DNA of 62,949 bases from an uncultured Ignavibacteriales bacterium. GTDB taxonomy: Bacteria > Bacteroidota > Ignavibacteria > T3Sed10-11. The position numbers were made by a program, and so were the translations under genes. Of this stretch, positions 9,215-19,904 are shown one piece after another. The DNA is taken from assembly GCA_964495085.1 (NCBI GenBank), contig CAZBUK010000013.1, forward strand, positions 1-62,949, read 5' to 3'. The notes under the pieces were generated by a model. The model had not been told where the DNA came from, did no database searches, and saw only the letters and a program-made list of their open reading frames with translations. Numbering within the stretch: position 1 is the first letter of the stretch; the number at the start of each line of letters is the position of its first letter.

Positions 9215-9970
9215 TTATTTTTTCCGGACGGGACCCAATGTACGGCTGTGACGGTCGAGTTCGTCGATGGGGTCAGCCGACTCGCTCAGAATCCAGAGCG
9301 GGTAAAGCCGGCTGAAATGCTCGATGATCGTTCCCAGGATTGCTTCCTTACTGCGAACAACCGAAGCGGCGGCGTAGTGGGTGTTTAGCAGGATATAATC
9401 GAGTCCTGCAAGGGTGTCGGTATGAAGCGACGGGTCGAACCTCTTATAGATTGTTTCCGGTTCCGAAGTGAATTTCTGGAGTTGGTACCTTCCGGCCAAT
9501 TCATATTCCCGCGTTACCGAGTCGAGTACTGCAGGATCTCTACGTAATATCCTTCGAAGCGAAGGGACGTCTTCCTGTTTCTTATTGTTGAGGAATATTC
9601 CTATTTCGAGGCCGGTACGATCGAAATAGAGACACAATTCCGAATCCCCCTTCCATCTCTTGAATCCGGCAAGCAGAAAATCACGGTACGGATTTCCTTT
9701 CGTAAAACGCATATCTTTCGATATCCGCATTATTGTTTTATTGAATTTCGGTTCGGTCATGAATCGGGGATTGAGCATTCTCGCAAACTCGCCGAGGGCG
9801 AAGATGCAGCTTTTTACGGGTAGAATCAACGATGTCTGGTACCTGTCGTAGTTCTTTCTGAACCAATCTCTATTATTATGGGCGGAGAGATCCTTTAAAA
9901 AAACAAAGAGATCGGAGGGAAAGCCGGAAAAGACCGGACCGGCTGGTGCGGAGAATGGTAACGCTTTCAT
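9215..9970 (-). CDS. DUF2461-like protein
   Basis: FLKDLSAHNNRDWF and RISKDMRF...PY motifs. Confidence 0.75.
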   Translation of the reverse strand: MKALPFSAPAGPVFSGFPSDLFVFLKDLSAHNNRDWFRKNYDRYQTSLILPVKSCIFALGEFARMLNPRFMTEPKFNKTIMRISKDMRFTKGNPYRDFLLAGFKRWKGDSELCLYFDRTGLEIGIFLNNKKQEDVPSLRRILRRDPAVLDSVTREYELAGRYQLQKFTSEPETIYKRFDPSLHTDTLAGLDYILLNTHYAAASVVRSKEAILGTIIEHFSRLYPLWILSESADPIDELDRHSRTLGPVRKK

Positions 9971-9975
9971 TTCGA

Positions 9976-12189
9976 TCAGGAGAGCAGTTTCAGTCGGGCG
10001 AACTTAAGCATGAGACTCTTCTGCCCGACGGATCCAAACCGGACGACCGCTTTCATCATATCTCCCTTTCCGCTGACTGCAATGATTTTTCCTCTTCCGA
10101 AAGTTTCATGCTCGACTACGGAGCCGACACGGAGTTCAGGAGCGAGCTGCGATTCGTCCTCATATGCATAATGAGTTTTCCGATCGGATGTCTGAGAGCC
10201 GGATTTTCGTTGGGCACCTGCCGGAAAACCTGACGTATGAAGCCGATCCGGTCGGTGATGAAAACCGTTCTCGTGGAAACGCGTAAAACGGGGATCGATC
10301 TCGTCGATGAATCTCGATGGCATCGGATAGGAGCCTTCGCCGAATTTATGCCGGTATCGTGCATAGGTCAAAAACAGCCGGTCGCGGGCACGCGTCATTC
10401 CGACATAACAGAGGCGTCTCTCCTCTTCTACGTTCCCGTCTGCATGCGAGCCGTTGAGCATGGGGAACAATCCATCTTCCATCCCTGCGATAAAGACTAC
10501 CGGAAATTCCAGTCCCTTCGCGCTGTGCAACGTCATCAGGGTTACGAGGTTACGTTCATCGTTCCATTTGTCGACATCGGATATGAGCGAAACGCTTTCG
10601 AGGTACTCGGCGAGACCGGCTCCCGGATGATCTTCACAGTATTCCGTAACCGCCGATAATAATTCCTGAACGTTTTCCCATCTCGCAAGCGCTTCGGGGG
10701 TTCCCTCTTCTTTATAGAGTTTCAGGATGCCGATTTCCTCGATGAACGATCTGCTCAGTTCGCCTGCCGACATTTCCGCTAGAAGCCCCCTGTATTTACG
10801 GATCGTTCCGGTAAACAAGAGCACGTTTCTGCGTGCCTGAGCCGAGACGCGTGGAAGGCTGTCGATAGCGGCGAACGTGTCGAACAATGTTATCCGTTGC
10901 TCCCGGGCGATATCGCGGAGCCGGTGGAGCGTTGTATCCCCGATCCCCCTCGGTGGAAACGAAAGAGAGCGTACAAGACTTTCGGAATCGGCGGGATTAA
11001 CGACGGTCCGAAGGTAGGCGATCGCGTCCTTAATTTCTTTCCGTTTATAAAATTCGACCCCTCCGACAATTGCATACGGCAATCCTGCCCTGCGGAGTCC
11101 ATCTTCGATAGACCGGGACTGTGCATTCGTCCTGTAGAGGACGGCAAACTGATTGAAATCCCTCTTATCCTTGTGCGCCTCCTCGACGATCGTTTTTGCA
11201 ATCCGGTATCCCTCTTCCCGCTCGTCTGCACAGGGTATGACCCGGACGGGTTCTCCCGACGGATTTTCGGTCCATAGGGTCTTCGGTATCCGCTGTACAT
11301 TGTTTCTGATAACGCTGTCTGCAGCGCTGAGAATAGATTTTGTAGACCGGTAATTCTGCTCGAGCCGGAATACCCTGCATTCAGGATAGTCCGTCTCGAA
11401 ATCAAGGATATTTCTTATATCCGCTCCTCTGAAAGCATATATACTCTGCGCATCGTCTCCGACCACGCAAATATTCCGGTTCTTGTGCGAGAACAACTTG
11501 AGCAGGCGGTACTGGGCATGGTTCGTATCCTGATACTCGTCAACCAGAATATGAGAGAAACGGCTCTGCCATCTTGCCAGAGCATCTGCATACGACTCGA
11601 AGAGCGTAATGGGTAAAGTAATCAGGTCGTCGAAATCCATTGCATTGTTTTCTTTCAGAAGACGGTTATAATTTTCGTATACAAGAAATGTCTTCTCATC
11701 GTAGGGAGATCGCGACTGAGTGCGGATTATTTCGGGCGTCATAAGGCGGTTTTTTGCGCTGCTGATGGCGCTCCGGATCGCTTTCGGATTGAATTGTTGC
11801 TGGGAGATGTTCAATTCACTCATCACCCTGCGGACGAGCGCAAGCGAATCATCGCTGTCGTAGATCGAGTAGGAACGCTCGAAACCGAGATGGACGGCTT
11901 CGAACCGGAGGATACGCGCGAAAACCGAATGAAAGGTTCCCATCCATGGAACCGGACGATCGCTCTTTAGCAGCTTCACGATCCGCTCCTTCATCTCATC
12001 CGCCGCTTTATTCGTAAAGGTTAGAGCAAGAATGGACGCGGGCGGAACTCCTTTTGCGATTAGGTGTGCTATCCGGTAGGTAAGAACACGCGTCTTTCCG
12101 CTTCCCGCACCTGCGACGACCATGACGGGGCCGACGATCGCCTCGACTGCTTCCCGCTGTGATGTATTTAGATCCTGAAGAAAATCCAT
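9976..12189 (-). CDS. pcrA: ATP-dependent DNA helicase UvrD/PcrA
   Basis: AGAGSGKT, TFTNKAA, VDEYQDTN, VGDDAQSIYAFRGA, LEQNYRS, TLHSAKGLEF, EERRLCYVGMTRA; C-terminal Tudor-like domain. Confidence 0.95.
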   Translation of the reverse strand: MDFLQDLNTSQREAVEAIVGPVMVVAGAGSGKTRVLTYRIAHLIAKGVPPASILALTFTNKAADEMKERIVKLLKSDRPVPWMGTFHSVFARILRFEAVHLGFERSYSIYDSDDSLALVRRVMSELNISQQQFNPKAIRSAISSAKNRLMTPEIIRTQSRSPYDEKTFLVYENYNRLLKENNAMDFDDLITLPITLFESYADALARWQSRFSHILVDEYQDTNHAQYRLLKLFSHKNRNICVVGDDAQSIYAFRGADIRNILDFETDYPECRVFRLEQNYRSTKSILSAADSVIRNNVQRIPKTLWTENPSGEPVRVIPCADEREEGYRIAKTIVEEAHKDKRDFNQFAVLYRTNAQSRSIEDGLRRAGLPYAIVGGVEFYKRKEIKDAIAYLRTVVNPADSESLVRSLSFPPRGIGDTTLHRLRDIAREQRITLFDTFAAIDSLPRVSAQARRNVLLFTGTIRKYRGLLAEMSAGELSRSFIEEIGILKLYKEEGTPEALARWENVQELLSAVTEYCEDHPGAGLAEYLESVSLISDVDKWNDERNLVTLMTLHSAKGLEFPVVFIAGMEDGLFPMLNGSHADGNVEEERRLCYVGMTRARDRLFLTYARYRHKFGEGSYPMPSRFIDEIDPRFTRFHENGFHHRPDRLHTSGFPAGAQRKSGSQTSDRKTHYAYEDESQLAPELRVGSVVEHETFGRGKIIAVSGKGDMMKAVVRFGSVGQKSLMLKFARLKLLS

Positions 12190-12268
12190 TCGCGCCGGAG
12201 GTGTGAAGAAAATGTTTCACTGATTCAAGGGGTTATTAAGGTATGGAAATTCAATGATGAATGCAATA

Positions 12269-13228
12269 TTAAAAATCGTAGTCGAGTTTCGTACCGTCGT
12301 TGTCGTACTTGAGCCTGAGGACAAACGGCGGTTCGCCACGAATCCCGAAGCGTTCCGCAAGTTTCGGATTGAGATCGAATTGAAGATCGTAATATTCGAC
12401 GTAGTGCACCGAGCCGTCGTCGTAATAGTCGTATACCGGCATGCGGGAGAACCATCTGAAGAACTCTACTTCAGGGGTTGTTTCGGCATGAATAATGAAC
12501 TCGTTCGGTTCAAGATACGGATAATCGTAGACCGTATAGTCCGCCGGTTTTTCGAAGACGTTCGTAAATATCTGATAGACGGATTCATCGGTCCGGATGA
12601 GTACGGCCCAATTCGTGAACGCAAACGGCTGCGGGATTACCACTATCTCCCGGTATTCGATCCCCTGTATGATGAAATAATCTTCGGCATTCGAGCGGAC
12701 CGCTTCTCTGCTCAGGAAAGCGGCTGAAAAATAAAGGAGAACGAATGCGATCGATGATCGGATGACGGTCTTACGGTAATTCTTAAATTTCCTCGCGAGC
12801 ACCGCAGCCGCAAGGAGGGGGACTGTGATCCATGGATCGATGATAAATATAAGATCGAGCGAAAACCGGCGGTTCGTGAGGGGGTAAAATAACATGGTTC
12901 CGAAAGACGTGATCAGATCGAAGAGAATGTGGATCAGGATCCCCACGAAGATATAGGGATATATGTTCCTGAACCGGATCCCGCGCACAGATACCGAGAG
13001 AATTCCCGCAACGATGCCGGCGAAAAACGGAGCAAATAAAACAGAATGGCTCAGACCGCGATGATGCTCCATATAAAACATCCGATCGCCGAAAAACTGC
13101 AACAAAAAATCGACATCCGGAATATTTACTGCAAGGAGCGTCGACCAGAATATCAATCGTGTGTGATGACGGACTGGTCCCGATTTGGAGATGATCGCTC
13201 CGGTGAGTGTATGAGTTATATTATCCAT
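12269..13228 (-). CDS. Membrane-bound metal-dependent hydrolase (YdjM-like)
   Basis: MDNITH, PDVD, HRGLSHS, HILFDLITSFGT, FIIDP. Confidence 0.85.
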   Translation of the reverse strand: MDNITHTLTGAIISKSGPVRHHTRLIFWSTLLAVNIPDVDFLLQFFGDRMFYMEHHRGLSHSVLFAPFFAGIVAGILSVSVRGIRFRNIYPYIFVGILIHILFDLITSFGTMLFYPLTNRRFSLDLIFIIDPWITVPLLAAAVLARKFKNYRKTVIRSSIAFVLLYFSAAFLSREAVRSNAEDYFIIQGIEYREIVVIPQPFAFTNWAVLIRTDESVYQIFTNVFEKPADYTVYDYPYLEPNEFIIHAETTPEVEFFRWFSRMPVYDYYDDGSVHYVEYYDLQFDLNPKLAERFGIRGEPPFVLRLKYDNDGTKLDYDF

Positions 13229-14411
13229 CTTGCACGGTTGAAGGCATAGGATTCTTCATTGGGAACGAAACGATCAGGCCGATGCACGCGAGCACGCCGA
13301 GCGCCGACAGTCCGGCGGTGAATCCATACGGGAGCAGCAGGCCGATCAAGAGCGCGCCGACAAACGACCCGGAGAACTGGATCGTACTGTATATGCCCAT
13401 AGCCGAACCGACAGAGGATTGATTTGCCACCTTCCCTACGAATATAGGAAGAATGGGTTCCATGGAATTAACACCTGCAAATGCAACCGTCGCTGCCGCC
13501 GCGAAAAAATACAGTCCCGTACCGTAGATCATGCCGATAGATCCGAGGAGCAGCAGTCCGAAACCCACGATGATCGCTGTTCGTGTATATCCCCAGTCCG
13601 CGAATCTGGAAAAAAGTATCATTACCGCAATCGTTATACCGATCATAGGAATGTAGACATATGATAATTCCCGCATTTCTAATCCGAACAAAGCGCCCAG
13701 AATGAGCGGCATCAGGAAAAAAATGGAGGTTACGGAGGCGGACATCAGAAATCCGGCGATGTATATCCTCAAGAGCCGTACATCGAAAACCAATTCCCGA
13801 AAAGCTACGAGCTCTCCGCTTACAGGTTTTCGATCGGGGGGTATGTCCTCCCTGACTGCGAATATCAGATATACGGTTATCAGAAAGCCGAGAATACCGC
13901 TGAAGAAAAAAAGTTTCGGTACACCGTACGCTTCCGCGGCGAGCGGACCCACCGCGACACCAAGACCGAAAAATACTCCGATCGGCGCACCGATAAGAGC
14001 GGTTATCAAATTGCGGCGATTCGGATCGACGACATCATGAATAAAAGCAAATACCGTTGCGGTTACAGCTCCCCCACCCTGAAGAATCCGGGCCGCGATC
14101 AGGAGTGTTATATTGTCGGCAAATCCTCCAAGAATTGAGCCGGCGCTGAAAATCAGCATGCCGAGAATAATCAGCCGCTTCCTTCCCCAGCGATCCGATG
14201 CTCTTCCATATGGTATCTGGAATATCGCCTGCGTGACGCCGTACCCGCCGACGGCGAGACCGATCAGCAGCGATGAATCGGTGAGCGTGAACCCGTAGGC
14301 GGAGATGATGGGTATTATCATGGATAATCCCAGAATCCGGACGGATACGACAAGCGCCATACCGGCGATAAAACGATATTCTTGAGCGGAAAAATGAGGG
14401 ATGGAATTCAC
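13221..14411 (-). CDS. MFS transporter (YajR-like)
   Basis: GRASDRWGRK motif A, QAIFQIP, RILQGGGA; about 12 TM segments. Confidence 0.85.
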   Translation of the reverse strand: MNSIPHFSAQEYRFIAGMALVVSVRILGLSMIIPIISAYGFTLTDSSLLIGLAVGGYGVTQAIFQIPYGRASDRWGRKRLIILGMLIFSAGSILGGFADNITLLIAARILQGGGAVTATVFAFIHDVVDPNRRNLITALIGAPIGVFFGLGVAVGPLAAEAYGVPKLFFFSGILGFLITVYLIFAVREDIPPDRKPVSGELVAFRELVFDVRLLRIYIAGFLMSASVTSIFFLMPLILGALFGLEMRELSYVYIPMIGITIAVMILFSRFADWGYTRTAIIVGFGLLLLGSIGMIYGTGLYFFAAAATVAFAGVNSMEPILPIFVGKVANQSSVGSAMGIYSTIQFSGSFVGALLIGLLLPYGFTAGLSALGVLACIGLIVSFPMKNPMPSTVQDG

Positions 14412-14454
14412 TCGGAAGATTAGCTTCGATTAATATACCGGGTGTCCCGGAGTC

Positions 14455-14964
14455 TTAAACGATAATGGCTCCCTCGAGCGCGAGGAGAAATTCTTTCGTT
14501 TTAACGCCCGCGCTGTACCCGACCAACGATCCGTTCGCACCCACGACGCGATGGCAGGGAACGACGATGGGTATAGGATTTGAAGCGTTCGCCCGTGCGA
14601 CCGCCTGGTAGGCTTTGGGATGTCCGATTTTCGCTGCAATCTCTTTATAGGTCAATGTAGATCCGTACGAGATTCTTCGAATCGAACGCCATACCGATTT
14701 TTGAAATGGTGTACCGATCTGATGCAACGGACAGCTGAACCTGCTGAGTTTCCGGTTAAAGTATCGCGTTAACTCATCTATAACAAGTTTATTCCTCGAA
14801 CGATTCTCTTCCACTTCCTCTTCATCAAAGTGTTTATGGAGCCAGAGGAAGAAGTCCTTCTTGGTCTCTTTCGGAATGCTGACCTTACAAACCCCTCGTT
14901 CCGTCGACGCTACATAAATGATCCCGATCTTTGATTCAAACGACGTGCAATAAACTTTTGCCAT
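14455..14964 (-). CDS. ogt: Methylated-DNA--protein-cysteine methyltransferase
   Basis: GTPFQKSVW, NPIPIVVPCHRV active-site motif. Confidence 0.92.
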   Translation of the reverse strand: MAKVYCTSFESKIGIIYVASTERGVCKVSIPKETKKDFFLWLHKHFDEEEVEENRSRNKLVIDELTRYFNRKLSRFSCPLHQIGTPFQKSVWRSIRRISYGSTLTYKEIAAKIGHPKAYQAVARANASNPIPIVVPCHRVVGANGSLVGYSAGVKTKEFLLALEGAIIV

Positions 14965-15019
14965 AGGTACTTTGGTCGAGGCTTACCGCGGGTGAAAAAA
15001 TCAGAGTCAAAGGGTGGAT

Positions 15020-15048
15020 AATATACGAAAGATCGATGAGTACTGCAA
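15020..15048 (-). promoter_or_regulatory. Putative sigma-70 promoter for ogt (TTGCAG-N17-TATATT)
   Basis: Hexamers with a 17-nt spacer upstream of ogt. Confidence 0.5.
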
Positions 15049-15349
15049 GCAATCCGATGTCACATTAACGAATTCTGTGAACATTAATAGAAACCGTTAT
15101 TGTAGAATTCTCCGACCACAATCCGCAAGCGGTTTCGAGGGATTCGCACAAGCATCTATGCAAACAGACACATCTCAATGAAACATTCATGCAATGAGGA
15201 TCGTTACATGGTGCATACGTGAGTGCGGGTTGCGCTCCTGAAAACTCTCCGCCCGCAGAGATCAGATTTTTGAATATCGAAAGAAATGTGTAAGTTATGG
15301 CTGATTTTAATTCTCCCCGGTAAAGATATATCAGAGAAAGGATCCATCT

Positions 15350-15955
15350 ATGAGAAGTACAGGCACTATAATCGCCGGATTGGTCGTATCGCTTCTTGTT
15401 CTGTCAGGTTGTTCCCGCAAAGAGGAGCAGACGCAATTACCGGCCGCAGAGCGTACACCGAGTATAGGTACGGCTGCTGTAAGTTCCGCAGCCGGTCTGC
15501 GATGGACTATTCCTGCCGAATGGCGGGCGGATGCAGAACGGCCGATGCGCGTTGCCACATACACAACTCCGGCGGCGGAAGGTGATCCGGAAGAGGGCGA
15601 GGTAGCACTATTCTACTTCGGACCCGGTGAAGGCGGAAGCATCGAAGCGAATGTACAGCGATGGTTCAGCCAATTCGACCAACCGGACGGGAGAGCTACT
15701 GCAGAGGCCGCAACCAGCGAATCCATGGTCGTCAATGGAATTCGCATCACCATTGTACGAACAAGCGGAACCTACAATGCGGCCGCGGGTCCGATGGCCC
15801 CCCGGAGAGAATTAAAACCGAATTTTCAGCTCATCGGCGCGATTGCGGAGGGACCGCAGGGAGCAGTATTCTTTAAATTTACCGGCCCATCCGCCACGGT
15901 TCAGAACCAGGAGAATCATTTCCTCACACTCGTGAGATCCATCGAGCGGAGTTGA
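15350..15955 (+). CDS. Conserved hypothetical lipoprotein
   Basis: Lipobox LSGC; PMRVATY, GGSIEANVQRWFSQF and FFKFTGP motifs. Confidence 0.8.
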   Translation: MRSTGTIIAGLVVSLLVLSGCSRKEEQTQLPAAERTPSIGTAAVSSAAGLRWTIPAEWRADAERPMRVATYTTPAAEGDPEEGEVALFYFGPGEGGSIEANVQRWFSQFDQPDGRATAEAATSESMVVNGIRITIVRTSGTYNAAAGPMAPRRELKPNFQLIGAIAEGPQGAVFFKFTGPSATVQNQENHFLTLVRSIERS

Positions 15956-15974
15956 GTGGAAGCATATTGCTGAT

Positions 15975-16424
15975 TTATTTCTTCACGACCGATAATCTTG
16001 CAACATAATGCTGTTTCGGTTCGGCCGTATCTATCTGCGGATAGGGGTCAAGCTGGAGGAGCACCACTCGATAGGGTCCTATATCGGTCGTGTCGTGGCC
16101 GGTCGAGCTGACCGAGGTAATATATCCTCCGATTCTCACGACGGATGACTCGGCCGGGTGCGAGTCCGACCCGATCGTCACAAGGATTTTAGCTTCGCCC
16201 GGCCACGTACACAATGCCCCATCCGGACATCTCGATTCTCCGATCAGATCGGAGAATTCAGCACGGCTTCCGTCTTCGAGAATCTCAGACAAACCAAAAT
16301 TAAGGGCGAAAGAGTGCCCGAAGGAAGGCAATCGATCCTCCCCGCTCTGGAACATGCAGCCGATGAAGATACCCGGAACGGCGATACATATCAGGACGAG
16401 TACGAATGGCGGCGATAAACGCAT
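15975..16424 (-). CDS. Hypothetical lipoprotein
   Basis: Hydrophobic N-terminus ending FIGC; ESRCPDGALCTWPGEA and LDPYP motifs. Confidence 0.7.
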   Translation of the reverse strand: MRLSPPFVLVLICIAVPGIFIGCMFQSGEDRLPSFGHSFALNFGLSEILEDGSRAEFSDLIGESRCPDGALCTWPGEAKILVTIGSDSHPAESSVVRIGGYITSVSSTGHDTTDIGPYRVVLLQLDPYPQIDTAEPKQHYVARLSVVKK

Positions 16425-16427
16425 AGT

Positions 16428-16766
16428 CTACTGAAGCGCAGTGATAGCCGCTTCAAGATTATCGTAATGCTTGAATACTTTTATGATCTGGGTAATCATA
16501 AAGAGACTCTCTACTTTCTTTTTCACGTTGATGATTACCATATTTCCGTCGTGGTGTTTAACCGAAGTAAAGGCGGCAATGAGAGCGCCCAAACCGAGAC
16601 TGTTCATCCATTTAACTCCACCCATATCAAGAATAAATTTCTTGATCCCTTTATCGAGCATCGTCTTGACTTTATCCCGAAATTCGACGGTATCCGGTTC
16701 TCCCATCATATCGCCTTTGAGGGACAGAATTACGATATCTCCTCTAAGCTCATCATGGATTCGCAT
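16428..16766 (-). CDS. STAS-domain anti-sigma factor antagonist
   Basis: LDMGGVKWMNSLGLGALI with the phosphorylatable Ser; GAGG RBS. Confidence 0.9.
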   Translation of the reverse strand: MRIHDELRGDIVILSLKGDMMGEPDTVEFRDKVKTMLDKGIKKFILDMGGVKWMNSLGLGALIAAFTSVKHHDGNMVIINVKKKVESLFMITQIIKVFKHYDNLEAAITALQ

Positions 16767-17043
16767 TAAAAAACCCTCCTCATTGAGTATTCAATTTATC
16801 TGCATATTGACGGTCAATAAAAGAAAATAATACGGTTTTTTTCGCTGACGAGCAAATTACCCTTCATTGATTTTCAGGGTATTTATTTATAACTTTCAAC
16901 AAGTATGTTACTGGAAGAAACTCATCCGCCGCAAAAGATTCGATCGTATATCCGCGTCAGACAATGGCAGCGGTTGTTTGTCCGGCAAGCAAAAATTCTA
17001 ACTCAAGCAGATCATCGGAGGTATAAATCAAACTTTACGCTAC

Positions 17044-17129
17044 GGAAAGGTGCAGGAGTGGTTGAACTGGCACGCCTGGAGAGCGTGTGTACCTTATAGG
17101 TACCGTGGGTTCGAATCCCACCCTTTCCG
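17044..17129 (+). tRNA. tRNA-Ser(GGA)
   Basis: Acceptor stem GGAAAGG/CCTTTCC, anticodon arm CACGC-CTGGAGA-GCGTG, long variable arm, GTTCGAATC T-loop. Confidence 0.95.
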
Positions 17130-17372
17130 CCCTGAGCGGGACGTATCCCGCAGATAGGCTTTGACCTCACGACTCAATTCCTATATTCACCGTTCCCGCA
17201 TGAACAGAATCTACTCCGGATCAGGTATCCGGGCCGGACGAACCGGATGCAACAATGCGGGATGCCGGATCGTCGGCTGCATACCGGTATAACGTTGTAT
17301 TCCCACAGGACCGTTTATTGAAAAAGTCAGGCAGCGGTTGAACCGAAGGTCAACATCTTAATCAGCACTACT

Positions 17373-18668
17373 ATGACACGGAAAAGATATCCACGACTCC
17401 TTGCAACCCAGATTGGCTTGCTGCTCTTATGCCTTCCCCTGATCCCTCAGAACAAGGTTCATATCCTTCAAGTCGAAGGAGCGATCAATCCCGCATCCTC
17501 TTCGCTTATTGCGTCGGGAATAGAGACAGCGAGAGAACAAAATTCAGAATGCCTCATCATCGAGCTGAATACTCCGGGAGGACTACTTGAATCCACCCGG
17601 GTTATCGTCCGCGACATACTGAACAGCGACGTTCCTATCGTCGTCTATGTCGCGCCGGGAGGGGCGCAGGCGGCTTCGGCGGGAGTCTTTGTGACCCTAG
17701 CCGCTCATATCGCGGCGATGGCGCCCGCGACGAACATAGGAGCGGCCCATCCCGTCTCGCTGCAGGGGGAAGCGGATTCGGTCATGATTGAAAAAGCCGT
17801 GAACGATGCATCGGCGTTCATCCGCAGTATCGCAGAGCAGCGCAATCGCAATATTGAATGGGCTGAACAGGCCGTGCGAAAATCTCTATCGGTGACCGAA
17901 ACCGAAGCATTACGGGAACGGATCATTGATTTGATCGCATCCGATATCGACGAGCTGCTTGAAAAAATAAACGGCAGGGAGGTATCCGTCCGCCGCACTC
18001 AGCGGATACTTGATACGGCGAACGCGGAGATCGTCAGAATAGAAATGACATGGCAGCAGAAATTCCTGCGCGTACTCACCAATCCGAATATCGCGTACGT
18101 ACTGATGATGATCGGCATGACGGGAATTCTGTTCGAGATATACAACCCCGGCTCGATCCTTCCGGGAGTCGTCGGCGTTATATCGTTGATACTTGCATTC
18201 TATTCGCTCCACACGCTTCCGATTAATTATGCCGGATTAGCGCTTATCATCTTCGCCGTCATTCTATTCTTACTGGAGATAAAGGTTCCGAGTTACGGTA
18301 TTCTCAGCATCGGAGGAGTAATATCTCTTCTTCTCGGATCCATCATGCTCATTGAATCCGATTCAGCGCTTGAATTCGTACGCATATCCTGGTCGGTCAT
18401 CATCCCGGTAACGGCGCTCATAAGCGCATTCTTTATTTTCGCCGTCGGCATGGGACTTCGTGCTCAAACACGGAAGCCGACTACCGGCATGGAGGGCATC
18501 ATCGGATCGAGGGGTGAATCGCTGGAGTTGCTGAATCCGGTCGGAGAGGTGCGCGTTTCCGGCGAGCTCTGGACCGCCGAATCGATCTCGGGGAAGATTC
18601 GAAAAGGCGAACAAATTGAAGTCGTTGCAGTGGATAACATGAAACTAAAAGTAAAGAAAATCGATTAA
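17373..18668 (+). CDS. NfeD family membrane-bound serine protease (long form)
   Basis: LNTPGGL, AASAG, TNIGAAHPV; TM region; C-terminal OB fold with GELWTA. Confidence 0.92.
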   Translation: MTRKRYPRLLATQIGLLLLCLPLIPQNKVHILQVEGAINPASSSLIASGIETAREQNSECLIIELNTPGGLLESTRVIVRDILNSDVPIVVYVAPGGAQAASAGVFVTLAAHIAAMAPATNIGAAHPVSLQGEADSVMIEKAVNDASAFIRSIAEQRNRNIEWAEQAVRKSLSVTETEALRERIIDLIASDIDELLEKINGREVSVRRTQRILDTANAEIVRIEMTWQQKFLRVLTNPNIAYVLMMIGMTGILFEIYNPGSILPGVVGVISLILAFYSLHTLPINYAGLALIIFAVILFLLEIKVPSYGILSIGGVISLLLGSIMLIESDSALEFVRISWSVIIPVTALISAFFIFAVGMGLRAQTRKPTTGMEGIIGSRGESLELLNPVGEVRVSGELWTAESISGKIRKGEQIEVVAVDNMKLKVKKID

Positions 18669-18683
18669 GTTCAGGAGAATACG

Positions 18684-19475
18684 ATGGAAGCTCTTCCGAC
18701 CGTTTTCGCGGTGGTGATCGCATTCATAGTCATCATCCTTGCCAATGCTCTTAGAATCCTGCGGGAGTACGAACGCGGGGTCATCTTTCGTCTCGGCCGG
18801 CTTATCGGCGTCAAGGGGCCCGGATTGATCATTCTGATACCTTTAATCGATAAGATGGTTCGCGTCAGTCTGAGAACGGTCGTCATGGACGTTCCCACAC
18901 AGGACATCATCACGCGGGATAACGTGTCCGTAAAGGTAAACGCCGTAGTTTATTTCCGCGTCATGCAGCCCGACAAGGCGATCGTATCGGTCGAGAACTT
19001 CCTTATGGCAACGTCCCAGCTTTCGCAGACGACGCTCCGCAGCATTCTGGGACAGTCGGAACTCGATGAATTGCTCGCAGAACGCGATAAGATCAACAAA
19101 GCCCTTCAGCAGATCATAGACCATCAGACCGAGCCCTGGGGAATCAAAGTGTCGGCAGTAGAAGTAAAACATGTCGATCTTCCCGTCGATATGCAGCGGG
19201 CAATGGCGCGACAGGCGGAAGCCGAGCGAGAGCGCCGTTCTAAAATCATTCGCGCCGAGGGAGAGTATCAGGCTGCACAGAGACTCCTCGATGCGGCTAA
19301 GGTAATAAGCGACTATCCGGTCGCTTTTCAGCTCCGGTATCTCCAAACTCTCGGAGACATTGCTACCGAGAATAATTCGACAACGATCTTCCCCGTTCCT
19401 ATCGATTTATTTACACCTTTTATAGAAGCGACAGCCGGAAAAAAGAACCAATCACGGACCAAAAAATCCGATTAA
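18684..19475 (+). CDS. SPFH/stomatin (slipin) family protein
   Basis: [46 protein letters not shown]. Confidence 0.95.
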   Translation: MEALPTVFAVVIAFIVIILANALRILREYERGVIFRLGRLIGVKGPGLIILIPLIDKMVRVSLRTVVMDVPTQDIITRDNVSVKVNAVVYFRVMQPDKAIVSVENFLMATSQLSQTTLRSILGQSELDELLAERDKINKALQQIIDHQTEPWGIKVSAVEVKHVDLPVDMQRAMARQAEAERERRSKIIRAEGEYQAAQRLLDAAKVISDYPVAFQLRYLQTLGDIATENNSTTIFPVPIDLFTPFIEATAGKKNQSRTKKSD

Positions 19476-19535
19476 GACACAGCGAACCCTGGGAGCGAAT
19501 GGTATTTTCGCGCCTTAATTAATTTGTATCCCAAC

Positions 19536-19564
19536 TTGATTTTCGTTCATCCGATATATATATT
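19536..19564 (+). promoter_or_regulatory. Putative sigma-70 promoter for the csp gene (TTGATT-N17-TATATT)
   Basis: Hexamers with a 17-nt spacer. Confidence 0.55.
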
Positions 19565-19640
19565 CGCTTCTTAGCTCACGCACTCTCTTCAATTTCTGGG
19601 AGGGTCACCAATCGTTTCATATTTATGAGGTTCTAGCTAT

Positions 19641-19847
19641 ATGGAGCGCGGTACGGTAAAATGGTTCAACAATGCCAAAGGCTACGGCTTCATCAAGAAA
19701 TCGACCGGAGAGGACGTTTTCGTCCACTACAAGTCGATTACGGGCGAGGGATACCGGACCTTGCACGAAGGTGAGGTTGTTGACTTTGAGTACGAGCAGG
19801 GACCGAAGGGATTACACGCGACGAGCGTAGTAAAGGTAGATAGTTGA
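19641..19847 (+). CDS. Cold-shock protein (CspA family)
   Basis: GTVKWFN, KGYGFI (RNP1), DVFVHY (RNP2). Confidence 0.95.
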   Translation: MERGTVKWFNNAKGYGFIKKSTGEDVFVHYKSITGEGYRTLHEGEVVDFEYEQGPKGLHATSVVKVDS

Positions 19848-19860
19848 GCCTGTTATGGAC

Positions 19861-19891
19861 AAAAAACCCCCGCCGTGAGGCGGGGTTTTTT
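19861..19891. terminator. Bidirectional intrinsic terminator
   Basis: AAAAAA-CCCCCGCC...GGCGGGG-TTTTTT between convergent genes. Confidence 0.85.
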
Positions 19892-19904
19892 GTATCTCCC
19901 CATG

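Noticed and set aside
19627-19639. GAGGTTCTAGCTA resembles the 5' part of a preQ1-I riboswitch
   Set aside because: No complementary 3' strand or A-rich tail follows; GAGG is simply the RBS of the csp gene starting at 19641
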